This document shows positions 1 through 10,414 of a stretch of DNA of 64,000 nucleotides, piece by piece. The DNA comes from an uncultured cyanobacterium (lineage in GTDB: Bacteria; Cyanobacteriota; Cyanobacteriia; PCC-9006; JAAUQQ01). The stretch lies in NCBI GenBank assembly GCA_963718615.1, contig OY970368.1, positions 4,928,001 through 4,992,000 on the forward strand, in the 5' to 3' direction. The notes beneath the pieces are model-generated. The model made no database searches, was not told the DNA's origin, and saw only the letters and a program-made list of their open reading frames with translations. How positions within the stretch are numbered: the first letter of the stretch is position 1; each line of letters opens with the position of its first letter. A program made the translations under genes and the position numbers.

Positions 1-2
1 GG

Positions 3-1211
3 CTCTATAGCTATCAGGTCCAGAACCACACCCTAGTTCGATTCTGGGACTCAGACTGCTGGCCCCAGCTGCGGCAAGCTTGCCTTTGGCACCCGAGTCT
101 GGAGCATACCCAGTTAGCGCTGATGGTAACGGCGGTGTTCCAGCGATCGGCTTGGCGATATCAGGCGCGGGCCTATCGGCGGATTTGCTTGGATACGGGG
201 CATTTGCTCGGCAATCTTGAACTCGCCAGCGCCATGGCGGATTTTCGGCCCCATTTTATCGGGGGGTTTGTGGATCAAGCGCTGAATGATTTGCTGTATT
301 TGGATCGTGACCAGGAGGGGGCGATCGCCGTCGCGGCTCTAGCGGATTTGCTGCAGGTTCAGCAAAACCTACCGGCCATCCGAGCTGCCCTCCCCTCAGA
401 GGTCCATCGGGATTATGGTTCGTTGCCAGAGGATGCCTTGCTCCCGACCCTGCACCAGGCCAGTCAAATTTCGCAGGATTGGGGCGATCGCCTCAACTGG
501 AAACCCGTCCCCACCTGGACCCCCCCCGGCCCAGACCAGCCAACTCAGGTCACGCCACCGGAACCCGAGGATAAGTACAATTTTCCGTTTTGCAGCCGCT
601 TTTCCACCGAGACTAACCCAGTGCCCTGGGGAGAGAATCTGGCGGATCTGCGACAGACCATGCTCCAGCGTCGCTCTACCCGCGCTTACAGCGGCGAAAC
701 CTTGACCCGCGACGAGCTCAATCAAATTTTGGATTTTACCTATCAGGGGGAACATTATCGGCTGCAGGGATTGAACGACAGTCCAGACTATTTTTCGCTG
801 GAGCTGATCGAAACCTTTGTGGCGGTATCCGGCATTGAGGGTCTAGAGGCCGGTTGCTATTACTACGCCCCCAAGGCCCAGGAGCTGCGACAGGTGCGGT
901 TCAAGAATTTTCGCCAGGAGCTCCATTACCTCTGCCTGAATCAAGATTTGGGGCGGGATGCGGCGGCGGTGGTGTTTCATACGGCGGACTTGAAACAGGC
1001 GGTGGAGGTCTATGGCGATCGCGCCTATCGCTATCTCCATCTGGATGCCGGTCACCTAGGCCAGCGGCTTAATCTCGCAGCCATTCGTCTTGGCCTCGGC
1101 GTCAGTGGCATTGGTGGATTTTTTGATGATCTGGTCAATGAGGTCCTCGGCATTCCCGCAGACGAGGCTGTCCTCTATATCACCACCCTTGGACGTCCTC
1201 GGCGAAACTAG
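3..1211 (+). CDS. SagB/ThcOx-family dehydrogenase (tandem nitroreductase domains), 5'-partial
   Basis: Frame is open from base 3. Two nitroreductase-like motifs (RAYRRICLDTGH, RAYRYLHLDAGH) and the FMN-binding RRSTRAY motif. Confidence 0.85.
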   Translation, partial: LYSYQVQNHTLVRFWDSDCWPQLRQACLWHPSLEHTQLALMVTAVFQRSAWRYQARAYRRICLDTGHLLGNLELASAMADFRPHFIGGFVDQALNDLLYLDRDQEGAIAVAALADLLQVQQNLPAIRAALPSEVHRDYGSLPEDALLPTLHQASQISQDWGDRLNWKPVPTWTPPGPDQPTQVTPPEPEDKYNFPFCSRFSTETNPVPWGENLADLRQTMLQRRSTRAYSGETLTRDELNQILDFTYQGEHYRLQGLNDSPDYFSLELIETFVAVSGIEGLEAGCYYYAPKAQELRQVRFKNFRQELHYLCLNQDLGRDAAAVVFHTADLKQAVEVYGDRAYRYLHLDAGHLGQRLNLAAIRLGLGVSGIGGFFDDLVNEVLGIPADEAVLYITTLGRPRRN

Positions 1212-1367
1212 CGAATGAAGGTTACTAGTCCATTCTCGCAAGATTACCTTTGCCCCAGGAGGGGTATAGCGGTGCGTTAGACTGGATCAGACCTGGTGCG
1301 GTCAACTTAATCCTGTCCTAAACCCTGGTCTAAGCAATCGTTACGGTAGCGAAGAGGAAGCCCGTCC

Positions 1368-2487
1368 GTGGAGTTATTTGAGATTAAACGAGAGCTACAA
1401 ACGCTCACTGATCGCCTGGGTAAAACCCAGGACTATCTTTGACCTGCCTGCTCTGACTGCCAAGATCAAAGACCTGGAGCAGGTGGCAGCCCAACCCGAA
1501 CTTTGGGATGACCCAGCCCAGGCCCAGAGCACGCTGAAAGAATTGGATGAGCTCAAATCCCACGCCCAGCAGTTCAAAACCTGGAATCAGCAGGTGGAGG
1601 ATGTGAAGGCGATCGCCGAGCTCCTCGAACTCGAAGAAGACGACAGCCTACGCGAAGAAGCTGCAACCACGATCGCCACCCTCCACCGGGATCTAGAACA
1701 ATGGGATTTGCTCCAGCTCCTCTCCGGTCCCTATGACAAAGACGGAGCGGTCCTGACGATTAACGCCGGGGCGGGCGGCACCGACGCCCAGGACTGGGCC
1801 GATATGCTCCTGCGCATGTACACGCGTTGGGCCGAGGACCACAAGTACAAAGTCGCCCTGGCGGAAATCTCCGAAGGGGACGAAGCCGGGATCAAATCCG
1901 TCACGTTAGAAATCGACGGGCGCTATGCCTACGGATATCTCAAGGCGGAGAAAGGCACCCACCGGTTGGTGCGGATTTCACCGTTTAACGCCAATGGCAA
2001 GCGGCAAACCAGTTTTGCAGGCGTGGAAGTCATGCCCATCCTGGACAAAGGCGTAACCTTAGACATCCCCGAAAAGGATCTAGAGATCACCACCTCCCGC
2101 GCAGGCGGCAAAGGCGGCCAGAACGTCAACAAGGTGGAGACAGCGGTGCGGGTGGTGCATTTGCCCACAGGGCTCGCAGTGCGCTGTACCCAAGAGCGAT
2201 CGCAACTGCAAAACAAAGAAAAAGCCCTCGTCCTGCTCAAGGCCAAGCTCCTGATCGTCGCCCAGGAACAGCGCGCCCAGGAAATTGCCGACATTCGCGG
2301 CGACATAGTGGAAGCCGCCTGGGGCAATCAAATCCGTAACTACGTTTTCCATCCCTACCAACTGGTCAAGGACCTGCGCACCGGCGAGGAAACCACCGCC
2401 ATCCAGGACGTGATGAACGGCGAACTCGACCCCTTCATCCAGCGCTACCTCCGCCAAGAAAACCAAGTCATGACCGACAGTCCCTAA
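1368..2487 (+). CDS. prfB: Peptide chain release factor 2, with +1 programmed frameshift
   Basis: GTG at 1368 gives [24 protein letters not shown], then CTT-TGA-C at 1437-1443. The shifted frame has the SPF and GGQ motifs. Confidence 0.97.
1429..1443 (+). promoter_or_regulatory. prfB +1 frameshift site
   Basis: AGGA-CTAT-CTT-TGA-C: internal SD-like element followed by the canonical CTT TGA C slippery site. Confidence 0.93.
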
Positions 2488-2519
2488 TTTTTCACTTGAT
2501 TTTTTCATTTTTGTCACCC

Positions 2520-2696
2520 ATGACCAACACCCCCCCACCCCCCGCCCCCCCGACACCCCCCGCCCCCACCGACAGCTACGTCAAACTCGCCATGCGCAAC
2601 ATGGTCCGTAAAGGCGGCACCTCGCTCAAGCACTATGGCCTGACGGTCTTGGCACTGCTGGGCGTTTTGGTGGGTTTGGCCTATTTGACCCATTAG
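2520..2696 (+). CDS. DUF3285-family small membrane protein
   Basis: SYVKLAMRNMVRKGGTSLKH motif and a C-terminal TM helix. Confidence 0.8.
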   Translation: MTNTPPPPAPPTPPAPTDSYVKLAMRNMVRKGGTSLKHYGLTVLALLGVLVGLAYLTH

Positions 2697-2713
2697 CAGC
2701 GTGTGAGTAGAGC

Positions 2714-3274
2714 TTGAGTGTGAAAGCCCATTTGACAACCGATTTTGAACTGGATTTGGCGGTGCAGATTGCCGAAGGATTGGCTGAGGCGATCGCCCCC
2801 TCCCTAACCATCTCCGCAGCCGAATGGACCACCTGGTTCGAACAATGGCTCCGCCAGCTCTATCCGGACCTCCCCGAAACCTGGCAACACAGCGCCTATG
2901 ACATGGCTCTCCGCCTCACCGACGATGCTGAGGTCCAGGCCCTCAATGCCCAATATCGACAGAAAGACGAACCCACCGACGTTCTTTCCTTTGCAGCCCT
3001 AGAGGTTGAAAGTCCCGAAATTCCCGACGCCGACTTTCCCCTGGAACTGGGCGACATCATTATTTCCCTGCCCACGGCCCAGCGCCAAGCCAACCAGCAG
3101 GGGCATTCGCTCAGGACCGAACTGGCTTGGCTGGCAGCCCACGGATTACTGCATCTTTTGAGCTGGGATCACCCCGACGACGAGAGTTTGCACCGTATGT
3201 TGCAGCAACAGGTGCTGCTCCTGGGTACCGTAGGGGTGGAAGCCCCCCGGTTTGATGTCAGCGAATCGGCTTAA
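2714..3274 (+). CDS. ybeY: rRNA maturation RNase YbeY
   Basis: PTDVLSF, LGDIIIS and HGLLHLLSWDH metal-binding motif. Confidence 0.95.
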   Translation: MSVKAHLTTDFELDLAVQIAEGLAEAIAPSLTISAAEWTTWFEQWLRQLYPDLPETWQHSAYDMALRLTDDAEVQALNAQYRQKDEPTDVLSFAALEVESPEIPDADFPLELGDIIISLPTAQRQANQQGHSLRTELAWLAAHGLLHLLSWDHPDDESLHRMLQQQVLLLGTVGVEAPRFDVSESA

Positions 3275-3382
3275 ATGCGAACTCACGCGACCTAACCATT
3301 CAGACCAAATTTCCGAATTTCTAGGTTTGTAGCCTTGCATTGGATTCGCTATTCTTTAACGTGATTCCTATCAGAACCCCCT

Positions 3383-3844
3383 ATGTCCCAAGACACCCCA
3401 GCTACAGCTCCTCTCCGGCCTCTGTCAGCATCCGCAGCGGGAGGGGTGAAACGAGAACATGCCTGGCGTGTCGCCTCCAATTTATTTGTTAGCTTTGGGT
3501 TTGCCTGGGCCGGAATTACCTATGCTTTCCGAACCCAGCGCAACTTCAAAATCCATGTAGTCATGGGCACTTCTGCGCTAGCCCTGGCCCTCTACCTAGC
3601 CCTCGCCCCCGTCGAAGTCGCTGTGATTGGCCTCACCGTAGGGGCCGTGATGACGATGGAACTGCTCAATACGGCGCTAGAATCCGTCGTGGACCTCACC
3701 GTAGACCAGACCTACCACGAGCTCGCCAAAATTGCCAAAGACTGTGCTGCCGGGGCTGTTCTGGTCTCAGCACTCGTGTCGGTGATGGTTGCGGCCTCGC
3801 TGCTTTTGCCGCCCCTCATCGAACGGTTAGTCACTTTGCTCTAG
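3383..3844 (+). CDS. dgkA: Diacylglycerol/undecaprenol kinase (DgkA family)
   Basis: QRNFKIH, ELLNTALESVVD and AKIAKDCAAGAV motifs; follows ybeY. Confidence 0.9.
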   Translation: MSQDTPATAPLRPLSASAAGGVKREHAWRVASNLFVSFGFAWAGITYAFRTQRNFKIHVVMGTSALALALYLALAPVEVAVIGLTVGAVMTMELLNTALESVVDLTVDQTYHELAKIAKDCAAGAVLVSALVSVMVAASLLLPPLIERLVTLL

Positions 3845-3853
3845 GCTAGACCC

Positions 3854-4444
3854 ATGATCCTCGTCATCGATAACTACGACAGCTTTACGTACAACCTGGT
3901 GCAATATCTGGGGGAGTTGGGACAGACCTTTGCGATCGCCCAAGAGATCCAGGTTTACCGAAACGACCAAATCACCCTCGATCAAGTCAAGGCTTTAAAA
4001 CCGGATGCGATCGTCATCTCCCCCGGCCCCGGTCGCCCCGAAGACGCGGGCATTTCCCTGGAGCTGATCGAACAGCTCGGTCCTTCCACGCCGATTCTGG
4101 GGGTTTGCCTCGGTCACCAGAGCATCGGCCAAGTCTACGGCGGCGATATTGTTCGTGCCCCGGAGCTGATGCATGGCAAGGTTTCGCCTGTGCACCATAC
4201 CGATATCGGCGTTTTTGTAGGGGTCGAGAACCCCATGACCGCAACCCGCTACCATAGCCTGGTGATCGATCGCCACACTTGTCCTGAGGTGCTTGAAATC
4301 ACGGCCTGGGTGGAAGACGAAACGATCATGGGGGTTCGCCATCGGAACTATCCCCATATTCAAGGCGTCCAGTTTCACCCAGAGAGCGTCTTAACCGGAG
4401 CTGGTAAACAATTGCTCAGCAATTTCCTAGCTTCAATCTCCTAG
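3854..4444 (+). CDS. trpG: Anthranilate/aminodeoxychorismate synthase component II
   Basis: [23 protein letters not shown] and QFHPES motifs. Confidence 0.92.
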   Translation: MILVIDNYDSFTYNLVQYLGELGQTFAIAQEIQVYRNDQITLDQVKALKPDAIVISPGPGRPEDAGISLELIEQLGPSTPILGVCLGHQSIGQVYGGDIVRAPELMHGKVSPVHHTDIGVFVGVENPMTATRYHSLVIDRHTCPEVLEITAWVEDETIMGVRHRNYPHIQGVQFHPESVLTGAGKQLLSNFLASIS

Positions 4445-4462
4445 TAATTTACGAACGACACC

Positions 4463-5227
4463 ATGAAACGGCGACAATTCTTGGGTGCAGCAGCAGGGTT
4501 TTCAGCGGGCTTGGGCGCAAGCTTTCTGCCTCGGTTCAGCACCGTCTCGGCCCAAACGTCGGGGCTCACGATCCAGGCTCTCGGCCATAGCTGCTTTCTC
4601 TTCAGCGGTGATGGTCAAAAGGTCTTACTCAACCCCTTCCGCCAAATCGGCTGCACCCAGGGCTATGCTGCGCCCAAGGTCAGCGCCAATCTGGTGATGA
4701 TTAGCAGTCGTCTGTTTGACGAGGGCTATGTGGAAGGGCTACCGGGCAACCCCCGCATTCTTTATGAACCGGGGGCCTACCAACTGGGCGACCAGCAAAT
4801 CCAGGGCATTCGCACCGAGCACGATCGCTTCAAGGGTCGTCGGTTTGGTCAAAACGTGGCCTGGCGCTGGAGCCAAGGCGGCCTAACGATTCTCCATTTG
4901 GGCGGGGCAGCGGCTCCGATTTCCGTGGAGCAAAAGATTTTGATGGGAACGCCGGATGTTTTGCTAGTGCCAGTGTCTGGGGGACCTAAGGCTTATACAC
5001 CGGAAGAGGCGAAGGCGGCGATCGCCACCCTCAACCCCAAACTCATCATCCCCACCCAATACCGCACCAGCGCCGCCGATCCCAACGCCTGCGATAGCGA
5101 AACCGTGGAGGCGTTCCTGAATGTGATGCAAGGGACCTCGGTCAAGCGAGCAGGCAACCAGTTGAGCTTACAGAAATCGTCTCTACCGACGGCAGGGTCG
5201 ATGATCCAGGTGATGTCAGCCACCTAG
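4463..5227 (+). CDS. Tat-exported MBL-fold hydrolase-like protein
   Basis: MKRRQFL twin-arginine signal; LGHSCF and ILHLG motifs; the metal-binding motif looks degenerate. Confidence 0.8.
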   Translation: MKRRQFLGAAAGFSAGLGASFLPRFSTVSAQTSGLTIQALGHSCFLFSGDGQKVLLNPFRQIGCTQGYAAPKVSANLVMISSRLFDEGYVEGLPGNPRILYEPGAYQLGDQQIQGIRTEHDRFKGRRFGQNVAWRWSQGGLTILHLGGAAAPISVEQKILMGTPDVLLVPVSGGPKAYTPEEAKAAIATLNPKLIIPTQYRTSAADPNACDSETVEAFLNVMQGTSVKRAGNQLSLQKSSLPTAGSMIQVMSAT

Positions 5228-5342
5228 GCACAGGCTTTGCTGGCGAAATCTTCAGGAAAACTTAGGGATCGATCGCCTGGGCGAAGGGGCGAGTTCTAGG
5301 CGGTTTTAGGGCCTGATGATCCCGCCGGGAGGCTGATTTGGG

Positions 5343-5375
5343 GTGGGTTTGGGCGATCGCCCAAACCCACTTTTT
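5343..5375 (+). terminator. Intrinsic terminator, HIP1-centred perfect palindrome
   Basis: GTGGGTTTGGGCGA|TCGCCCAAACCCAC followed by TTTTT. Confidence 0.75.
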
Positions 5376-5499
5376 ATTCTTCGTCAAAGTCAAAGTTTAA
5401 TTTCCACCCCCTGAGGGTCTAAAAAAAAGCACGCTAGTCTGATAGAGAAAAGCCCGACTGCCCCAGCACGGATTGAATTAGCACGGATTGAACTCTGCC

Positions 5500-6909
5500 A
5501 TGACACAGCAAAAATTTGGCGTGATTGGCCTCGCCGTCATGGGGGAAAACCTTGCCCTCAACGTAGAACGCAACGGTTTTCCCATCGCGGTCTATAACCG
5601 CAGCGCTGACAAAACCGACACCTTCATGGCCGAACGCGCCCAAGGCAAGCAAGTTAAAGCCACCTACTCCCTGGAAGAATTTGTTGCCGCCCTCGAACGC
5701 CCTCGCCGCATCCTCATCATGGTCAAGGCCGGTGCGCCTGTGGATGCGGTCATCCAACAGCTTCGGCCTCTGCTCGATGACGATGACATGATCATTGACG
5801 GTGGCAACTCGCTTTATACTGACACCGAACGCCGGGTCAAGGAACTCGAAAGCACGGGTCTCCGTTTCATCGGTATGGGCGTCAGCGGGGGTGAAGAAGG
5901 GGCACTCAATGGCCCTAGCCTCATGCCCGGTGGCACCAAAGCCGCCTACGAAGCCATCGAGCCCATCGTCACCAAAATTGCAGCCCAGGTGGATGACGGA
6001 CCCTGCGTCACCTACATCGGCCCCGGTGGCTCCGGCCACTACGTCAAGATGGTTCACAACGGCATTGAGTATGGCGACATGCAGCTCATCGCCGAAGCCT
6101 ACGACATCCTCAAAAACGTCGGTGGATTGAACCACACCCAACTCCACGAGGTCTTCGCCCAGTGGAACACCACGGATGAACTGGATTCGTTTTTGATTGA
6201 AATCACGGCAGATATTTTCACCCAGCTAGATCCGGATACCGGCAAGCCCTTGGTGGAGCTCATTCTCGATTCTGCGGGCCAAAAGGGCACAGGCCTCTGG
6301 ACGGCGGTGAATGCCCTGGAAATGGGTGTGGCGATTCCGACGATCGCCGCTGCGGTAAATGCGAGGGTAATGTCTTCGCTCAAGGCTGAACGCGTTGCCG
6401 CATCGAAGGAGCTCAGCGGTCCTAACCCCAGTCTCCATGGCGACACCCAGACACTGATTGCCATGGTCCGGGACGCCCTTTACTGCTCGAAGATTTGTTC
6501 CTATGCCCAAGGCATGGCGTTGATCAAGCGGGCTTCGGACGAGTTCAACTACAACATCGATTTGGGCGAAACTGCGCGTATCTGGAAAGGCGGCTGTATT
6601 ATTCGGGCAAGGTTCTTGAATAAGATTAAGCACGCCTATGATGAGAATGCAGGGCTGGCGAATCTGCTCTTGGCTCCGGAATTTAAGCAAACGATTCTCG
6701 ATCGCCAAAATGCTTGGCGGGAAATCGTCGCCCTCGCAGCCAAGAACGGCATCCCCATTCCAGCGTTCAGTGCCTCCCTGGATTACTTCGATAGCTATCG
6801 CCGTGCCCAACAGCCCCAAAACCTGACCCAGGCCCAGCGGGACTACTTTGGCGCACATACCTACCAACGCATCGACAAGGAAGGCACCTTTCACACCCAT
6901 TGGTTTTAG
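5500..6909 (+). CDS. gndA: 6-phosphogluconate dehydrogenase (NADP-dependent, decarboxylating)
   Basis: GLAVMGENLALN, KMVHNGIEYGDMQ, QKGTG and QRDYFGAHTY motifs. Confidence 0.98.
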   Translation: MTQQKFGVIGLAVMGENLALNVERNGFPIAVYNRSADKTDTFMAERAQGKQVKATYSLEEFVAALERPRRILIMVKAGAPVDAVIQQLRPLLDDDDMIIDGGNSLYTDTERRVKELESTGLRFIGMGVSGGEEGALNGPSLMPGGTKAAYEAIEPIVTKIAAQVDDGPCVTYIGPGGSGHYVKMVHNGIEYGDMQLIAEAYDILKNVGGLNHTQLHEVFAQWNTTDELDSFLIEITADIFTQLDPDTGKPLVELILDSAGQKGTGLWTAVNALEMGVAIPTIAAAVNARVMSSLKAERVAASKELSGPNPSLHGDTQTLIAMVRDALYCSKICSYAQGMALIKRASDEFNYNIDLGETARIWKGGCIIRARFLNKIKHAYDENAGLANLLLAPEFKQTILDRQNAWREIVALAAKNGIPIPAFSASLDYFDSYRRAQQPQNLTQAQRDYFGAHTYQRIDKEGTFHTHWF

Positions 6910-6937
6910 GCAAACGCAACCATCGCGAAATGATTGC

Positions 6938-7022
6938 GTAGGTTGGGTTGAGGCACGAAACCCAACAAGCCAAGGGCAAATGCTTAGGCTTGTTGGGTTT
7001 CACTTCGTTCTACCCAACCTAC
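6938..7022. repeat. Inverted doublet of GTAG-type REP sequences (REPIN-like)
   Basis: GTAGGTTGGGTTGAGGCACGAAACCCAACA at 6938-6967, with an inverted near-copy at 6991-7022 ending ACCCAACCTAC. Confidence 0.8.
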
Positions 7023-7077
7023 TGCTCTACTTAGCTAATACAATTGATGCTGCCTAAGCAGATTTTGCAAGAATTAA

Positions 7078-7480
7078 TGGAGCTGAGCGGAATCGAACCG
7101 CTGTCCGCATTAGTTATTTACTCCTAGCTCGTTCACAGGTTTAGCCCCTCTAACCCTTGGGGCGGGAACCGTCTATTATCCCTGACGATGGGATTCTTTG
7201 ATGAGTTCTTAATTCAGGGCTGTACCAAAGACCTTCCCTGAAAGCATCCGTTGGGGTTGGTGCTCTAGATCCTTAACGGAGTCAAACCCAGAGCCTCACG
7301 GTCTACTAAAGAGAGTAGAGTTTTTTACGCAGCTGCTAGAGCAGGCGTGCGCACGCGAGAGAAGGATACGATGTTGTTCGCATTTACTTTTTTTTGAGCC
7401 ATTGATTTACGAGAGTTAGCTCGCTCTCGACCTGTATCACACGGTAGCTTTCACTAACACGTCGAAACCATTACAGCCCC
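7078..7480 (-). ncRNA. ssrA: tmRNA (transfer-messenger RNA)
   Basis: 5' end GGGGCTGTAATGGTTTCGAC and 3' end GGTTCGATTCCGCTCAGCTCCA. The tag frame at 7381-7325 encodes ANNIVSFSRVRTPALAAA*. Confidence 0.97.
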
Positions 7481-8086
7481 AGACGATAGTTATCTAGACG
7501 TTATCTAGGCTACGCTATGAATCTATTATAGCTTGACATTCAGCAACTGTCGGCCTGTCTCACCCGCATAAAAACATTTAATTAGAACTTGTTCGCAACT
7601 TTAAGTTTCTTGAGTAAGAATTCATCCTAAGTTCAACTTGCCAAGGGAACCATTCAGTATATTGGCCTATGGCCTTGCAAACTTGCCTTGCAAACTTGCT
7701 TAGTATACCCAAAAGATAACATCCTTCAACCCAAGCTTCTTCGTGGATTATTGTATTATGCAGTAGCCAGAGGAAATTAATTTTTAGGGTCAATATTGGG
7801 CTAAACAAGCAAACAGTGGGAGAGTCGGGGATGGGGGGTTATACCCATCAGGGTAAACTTTTTGAATTGGCAAAATGAGACGATGTTGAAGTCGTGGTGC
7901 AAAGAGGTCTAGGGCAAGACGATCTACTACAGGGAGATCATTGGTTTAGACGTTGATTGAGTCTTCAATGGACTCAATCCTAAGTCCCAGTAAGGTTTTA
8001 ACCCTTTATATCTACCCTTAAAATGACAGGGATTCGACCGTTAAGCACGAGATTTCAACTTGAGGATGTGCCTGGATTGCTCATGT

Positions 8087-8497
8087 ATGTTGGAGCAAAT
8101 AAAAAGCGGTCAGCTTCTGGTCGTCAGTCGCCGCCATCGCAATGGGCTAATTCTGTGCAAGCCTTACCATGCTGAATTTGCTGGCCCCGGAGCGGCAGTG
8201 GGCGGAGAAATTGACCGAGACTGCGCGTCGATTCTGCCGGTGGGAAATTTGCGATTAGCGCCACCGATTTCCTATCAAGAACGACAGGATTCCTATCTGA
8301 TTCGTCGCCAGTGGATTCGGCTAACCCAGCAATTCACCGAGCCTCAGGATTCCCTCGAACGGGCCCGGATGATTCTGAGCCAATTTGAAAACTATTTCGA
8401 TCCTGCAATCCTGGAAAAAATGCCCAACGAAGTATTTGCCCAGATGGTGGGGGTTTTTCCCTCAACGATTGAGCGAGTCCGGCACAAACTTGAGTGA
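8087..8497 (+). CDS. Conserved cyanobacterial protein with a reduced Crp-like fold
   Basis: GLIL..AEFAGPGAAVGG motif and a C-terminal HTH-like segment (FAQMVGVFPSTIERVR). Start codon uncertain. Confidence 0.65.
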   Translation: MLEQIKSGQLLVVSRRHRNGLILCKPYHAEFAGPGAAVGGEIDRDCASILPVGNLRLAPPISYQERQDSYLIRRQWIRLTQQFTEPQDSLERARMILSQFENYFDPAILEKMPNEVFAQMVGVFPSTIERVRHKLE

Positions 8498-8523
8498 CTC
8501 AGCCCTAAAACCGACTGTTGAAC

Positions 8524-9711
8524 TCATGGGTTTATGGGTTTATGGGTTGAGGAGCCAAAGCATTCGACCAAAACCTGTTGAAGACGTTCCAGCAAGCGTT
8601 GGTTCTCGTCTGGCGTTCCGACGCTAATGCGTAGCCCTCCCCCCGTATGGCGGATCATCGTTCCCTTGGCCTTGAGGCGCTGGAGAATTTCGGCCAAGGT
8701 GGCCTGGGGGTCGTCACTAAACCCCGGCTGGAGCTGAACAAACACCAGGTTAGCGCTACTGGGATAGGGTTTCAGCGGGGCAAACGTTTGGAGGGCTGTC
8801 TGGAGGCGATCGCGCTCTGCCAAAATCTCCGGGACTACCGCCAATAGAGGTTTACGATTCGCCAATGCCACCCGCGCCGCCGCCTGGGACAGACTGGGCA
8901 GATTATAGGGCAGACGTAATTTTTCAAGTACAGCCGTTAGTTCAGGCGAGGCAACGCTGTACCCCACCCGATGGGCCGCAAGGCGAAAGGCTTTGGAGAA
9001 GGTACGGGTAATAATCCAGTTGGGCCGGGTCAGCACTTCTGCCGCAAGGGTCTGGCCACTAAATTCGTAATAGGCTTCATCGACGACCACGAGAATCTGC
9101 TCGGGCACGGTCTGGAGCCAAGCAATTTCGGCGGCGGTGAGGGGATTGGCCGTGGGGGAATTGGGGTGGACCACGAAAATGACGCGAACCGGCGGCTGAC
9201 CCGGTTGACCGGGAGCTTCGATCGCCCGCTGGGCCGCTGCCAAATCTATTTCTAAGGTTTCAGGATTACGCCCTGCATCCACAACCTTAATTCCCAGGGT
9301 TTGGGCCAGGATCGCGTACATCGAGAAGGTGGGAGAAGCCACAAGAATCGAGCCCTCCCCCCCGAGACAGGTGGCGATCATCAGCGATCGCAACAGCTCA
9401 TCCGACCCATTCCCCACACTGATATGCGCCTGCGTGATGGCTCCCTTGGCCCCAGGGATTGCGCCTAGGGTTTCGTTGACGTAGGTGGCGATCGCTTCCC
9501 GCAGTGCCACCGGGTCCAGGGTGGGATAGCGGTTAAATCGAATCTCCTGCTCCAACTCAAACGCCAGCTTTTGCTTGAGCTCAACGGGCATGTCGTAGGG
9601 GCACTCGTTGGCATCAAGCTGATCGTACTGCTGGCCGTGGTTCTCGTCGCCGTGGGCACTGGTTTGGTAACTAGAAAATTGGGCGAGGTCGGAACGCAGG
9701 AAAGACAGCAT
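8524..9711 (-). CDS. hisC: Histidinol-phosphate aminotransferase
   Basis: LDANECPY, GNGSDELL, VVDEAYYEF and RTFSKAF (PLP lysine) motifs. Confidence 0.93.
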   Translation of the reverse strand: MLSFLRSDLAQFSSYQTSAHGDENHGQQYDQLDANECPYDMPVELKQKLAFELEQEIRFNRYPTLDPVALREAIATYVNETLGAIPGAKGAITQAHISVGNGSDELLRSLMIATCLGGEGSILVASPTFSMYAILAQTLGIKVVDAGRNPETLEIDLAAAQRAIEAPGQPGQPPVRVIFVVHPNSPTANPLTAAEIAWLQTVPEQILVVVDEAYYEFSGQTLAAEVLTRPNWIITRTFSKAFRLAAHRVGYSVASPELTAVLEKLRLPYNLPSLSQAAARVALANRKPLLAVVPEILAERDRLQTALQTFAPLKPYPSSANLVFVQLQPGFSDDPQATLAEILQRLKAKGTMIRHTGGGLRISVGTPDENQRLLERLQQVLVECFGSSTHKPINP

Positions 9712-9769
9712 GGCGATCGCTCGGTCTAAAGATCGAGAAACAGGTCAGGCTCTTATTATCCAACCCTGG

Positions 9770-10408
9770 TTACGGGATTGAGCAGAAGGTTTGAATTTCT
9801 TTCCAGATGCGGGAAACAACATTGCCCAGACTGTGATCACTGTTCAGTTCCCGCAGGCTGACCCAAGGCCGAGTTTCGGCATAACGACGGCTGGTGTCGA
9901 TGGGGATGACTGGGTCCTGAAGACCGTGAATAATCCGCGTGGGCAGGGTTCGTGTCAATTTGAAATCGGAATAGAGCGAGAGATCTTCAACGATGCCGTA
10001 ATGGATGGCCATCATTTTTTGATAGGCATGATGATAGATGGGAATGCTGCCGGTGTCTCTCCAGACCCGCACTTGGCGATCGCCAATACTCCGCAGCCAG
10101 AGGGACAAAAACTCAAAGGCAGGGGCCAAGAGCACGAGCCGCTCCACCTGGACATGCTGCTCCGCGACCCAAGCTGCCGTTAAACCGCCAAAGCTTGAGC
10201 CGATCAAGGTAACAGGCTCTGATTCTGACTCTAGAATTAAGGCGCTCACCTGGTCGATCTGACGGGTGAGGGTCAGGCGAAAAAAATTGTCTTGATTGAA
10301 ATCCACGACGTTCAGTGGTAGGCCCCGACGCCGAAAGCGAGCGCGAAAGTATTTGGCCTTTGCGGACTCGGGACCCGAAGCGAAACCATGCAGGTAGAAA
10401 TAGCGCAT
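9770..10408 (-). CDS. YqiA/YcfP-family alpha/beta esterase
   Basis: YLHGFASGP and GSSFGG motifs; Asp and His in HGLQD and SDH. Confidence 0.88.
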   Translation of the reverse strand: MRYFYLHGFASGPESAKAKYFRARFRRRGLPLNVVDFNQDNFFRLTLTRQIDQVSALILESESEPVTLIGSSFGGLTAAWVAEQHVQVERLVLLAPAFEFLSLWLRSIGDRQVRVWRDTGSIPIYHHAYQKMMAIHYGIVEDLSLYSDFKLTRTLPTRIIHGLQDPVIPIDTSRRYAETRPWVSLRELNSDHSLGNVVSRIWKEIQTFCSIP

Positions 10409-10414
10409 TGAGCG

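Noticed and set aside
3-1211. SagB/ThcOx gene as the sign of a RiPP cluster
   Set aside because: No YcaO, precursor or transporter downstream; the next gene is prfB. The upstream context lies outside the window.
5434-6900. Long antisense ORFs over gndA (and similar ones over other genes)
   Set aside because: Shadow frames of GC-biased coding sequence with no recognisable motifs.
7025-7078. Genomic island at the ssrA 3' end (also checked at tRNA-Arg, 17630)
   Set aside because: No integrase and no duplicated 3'-end att sequence seen; the flanks are ordinary chromosomal genes.
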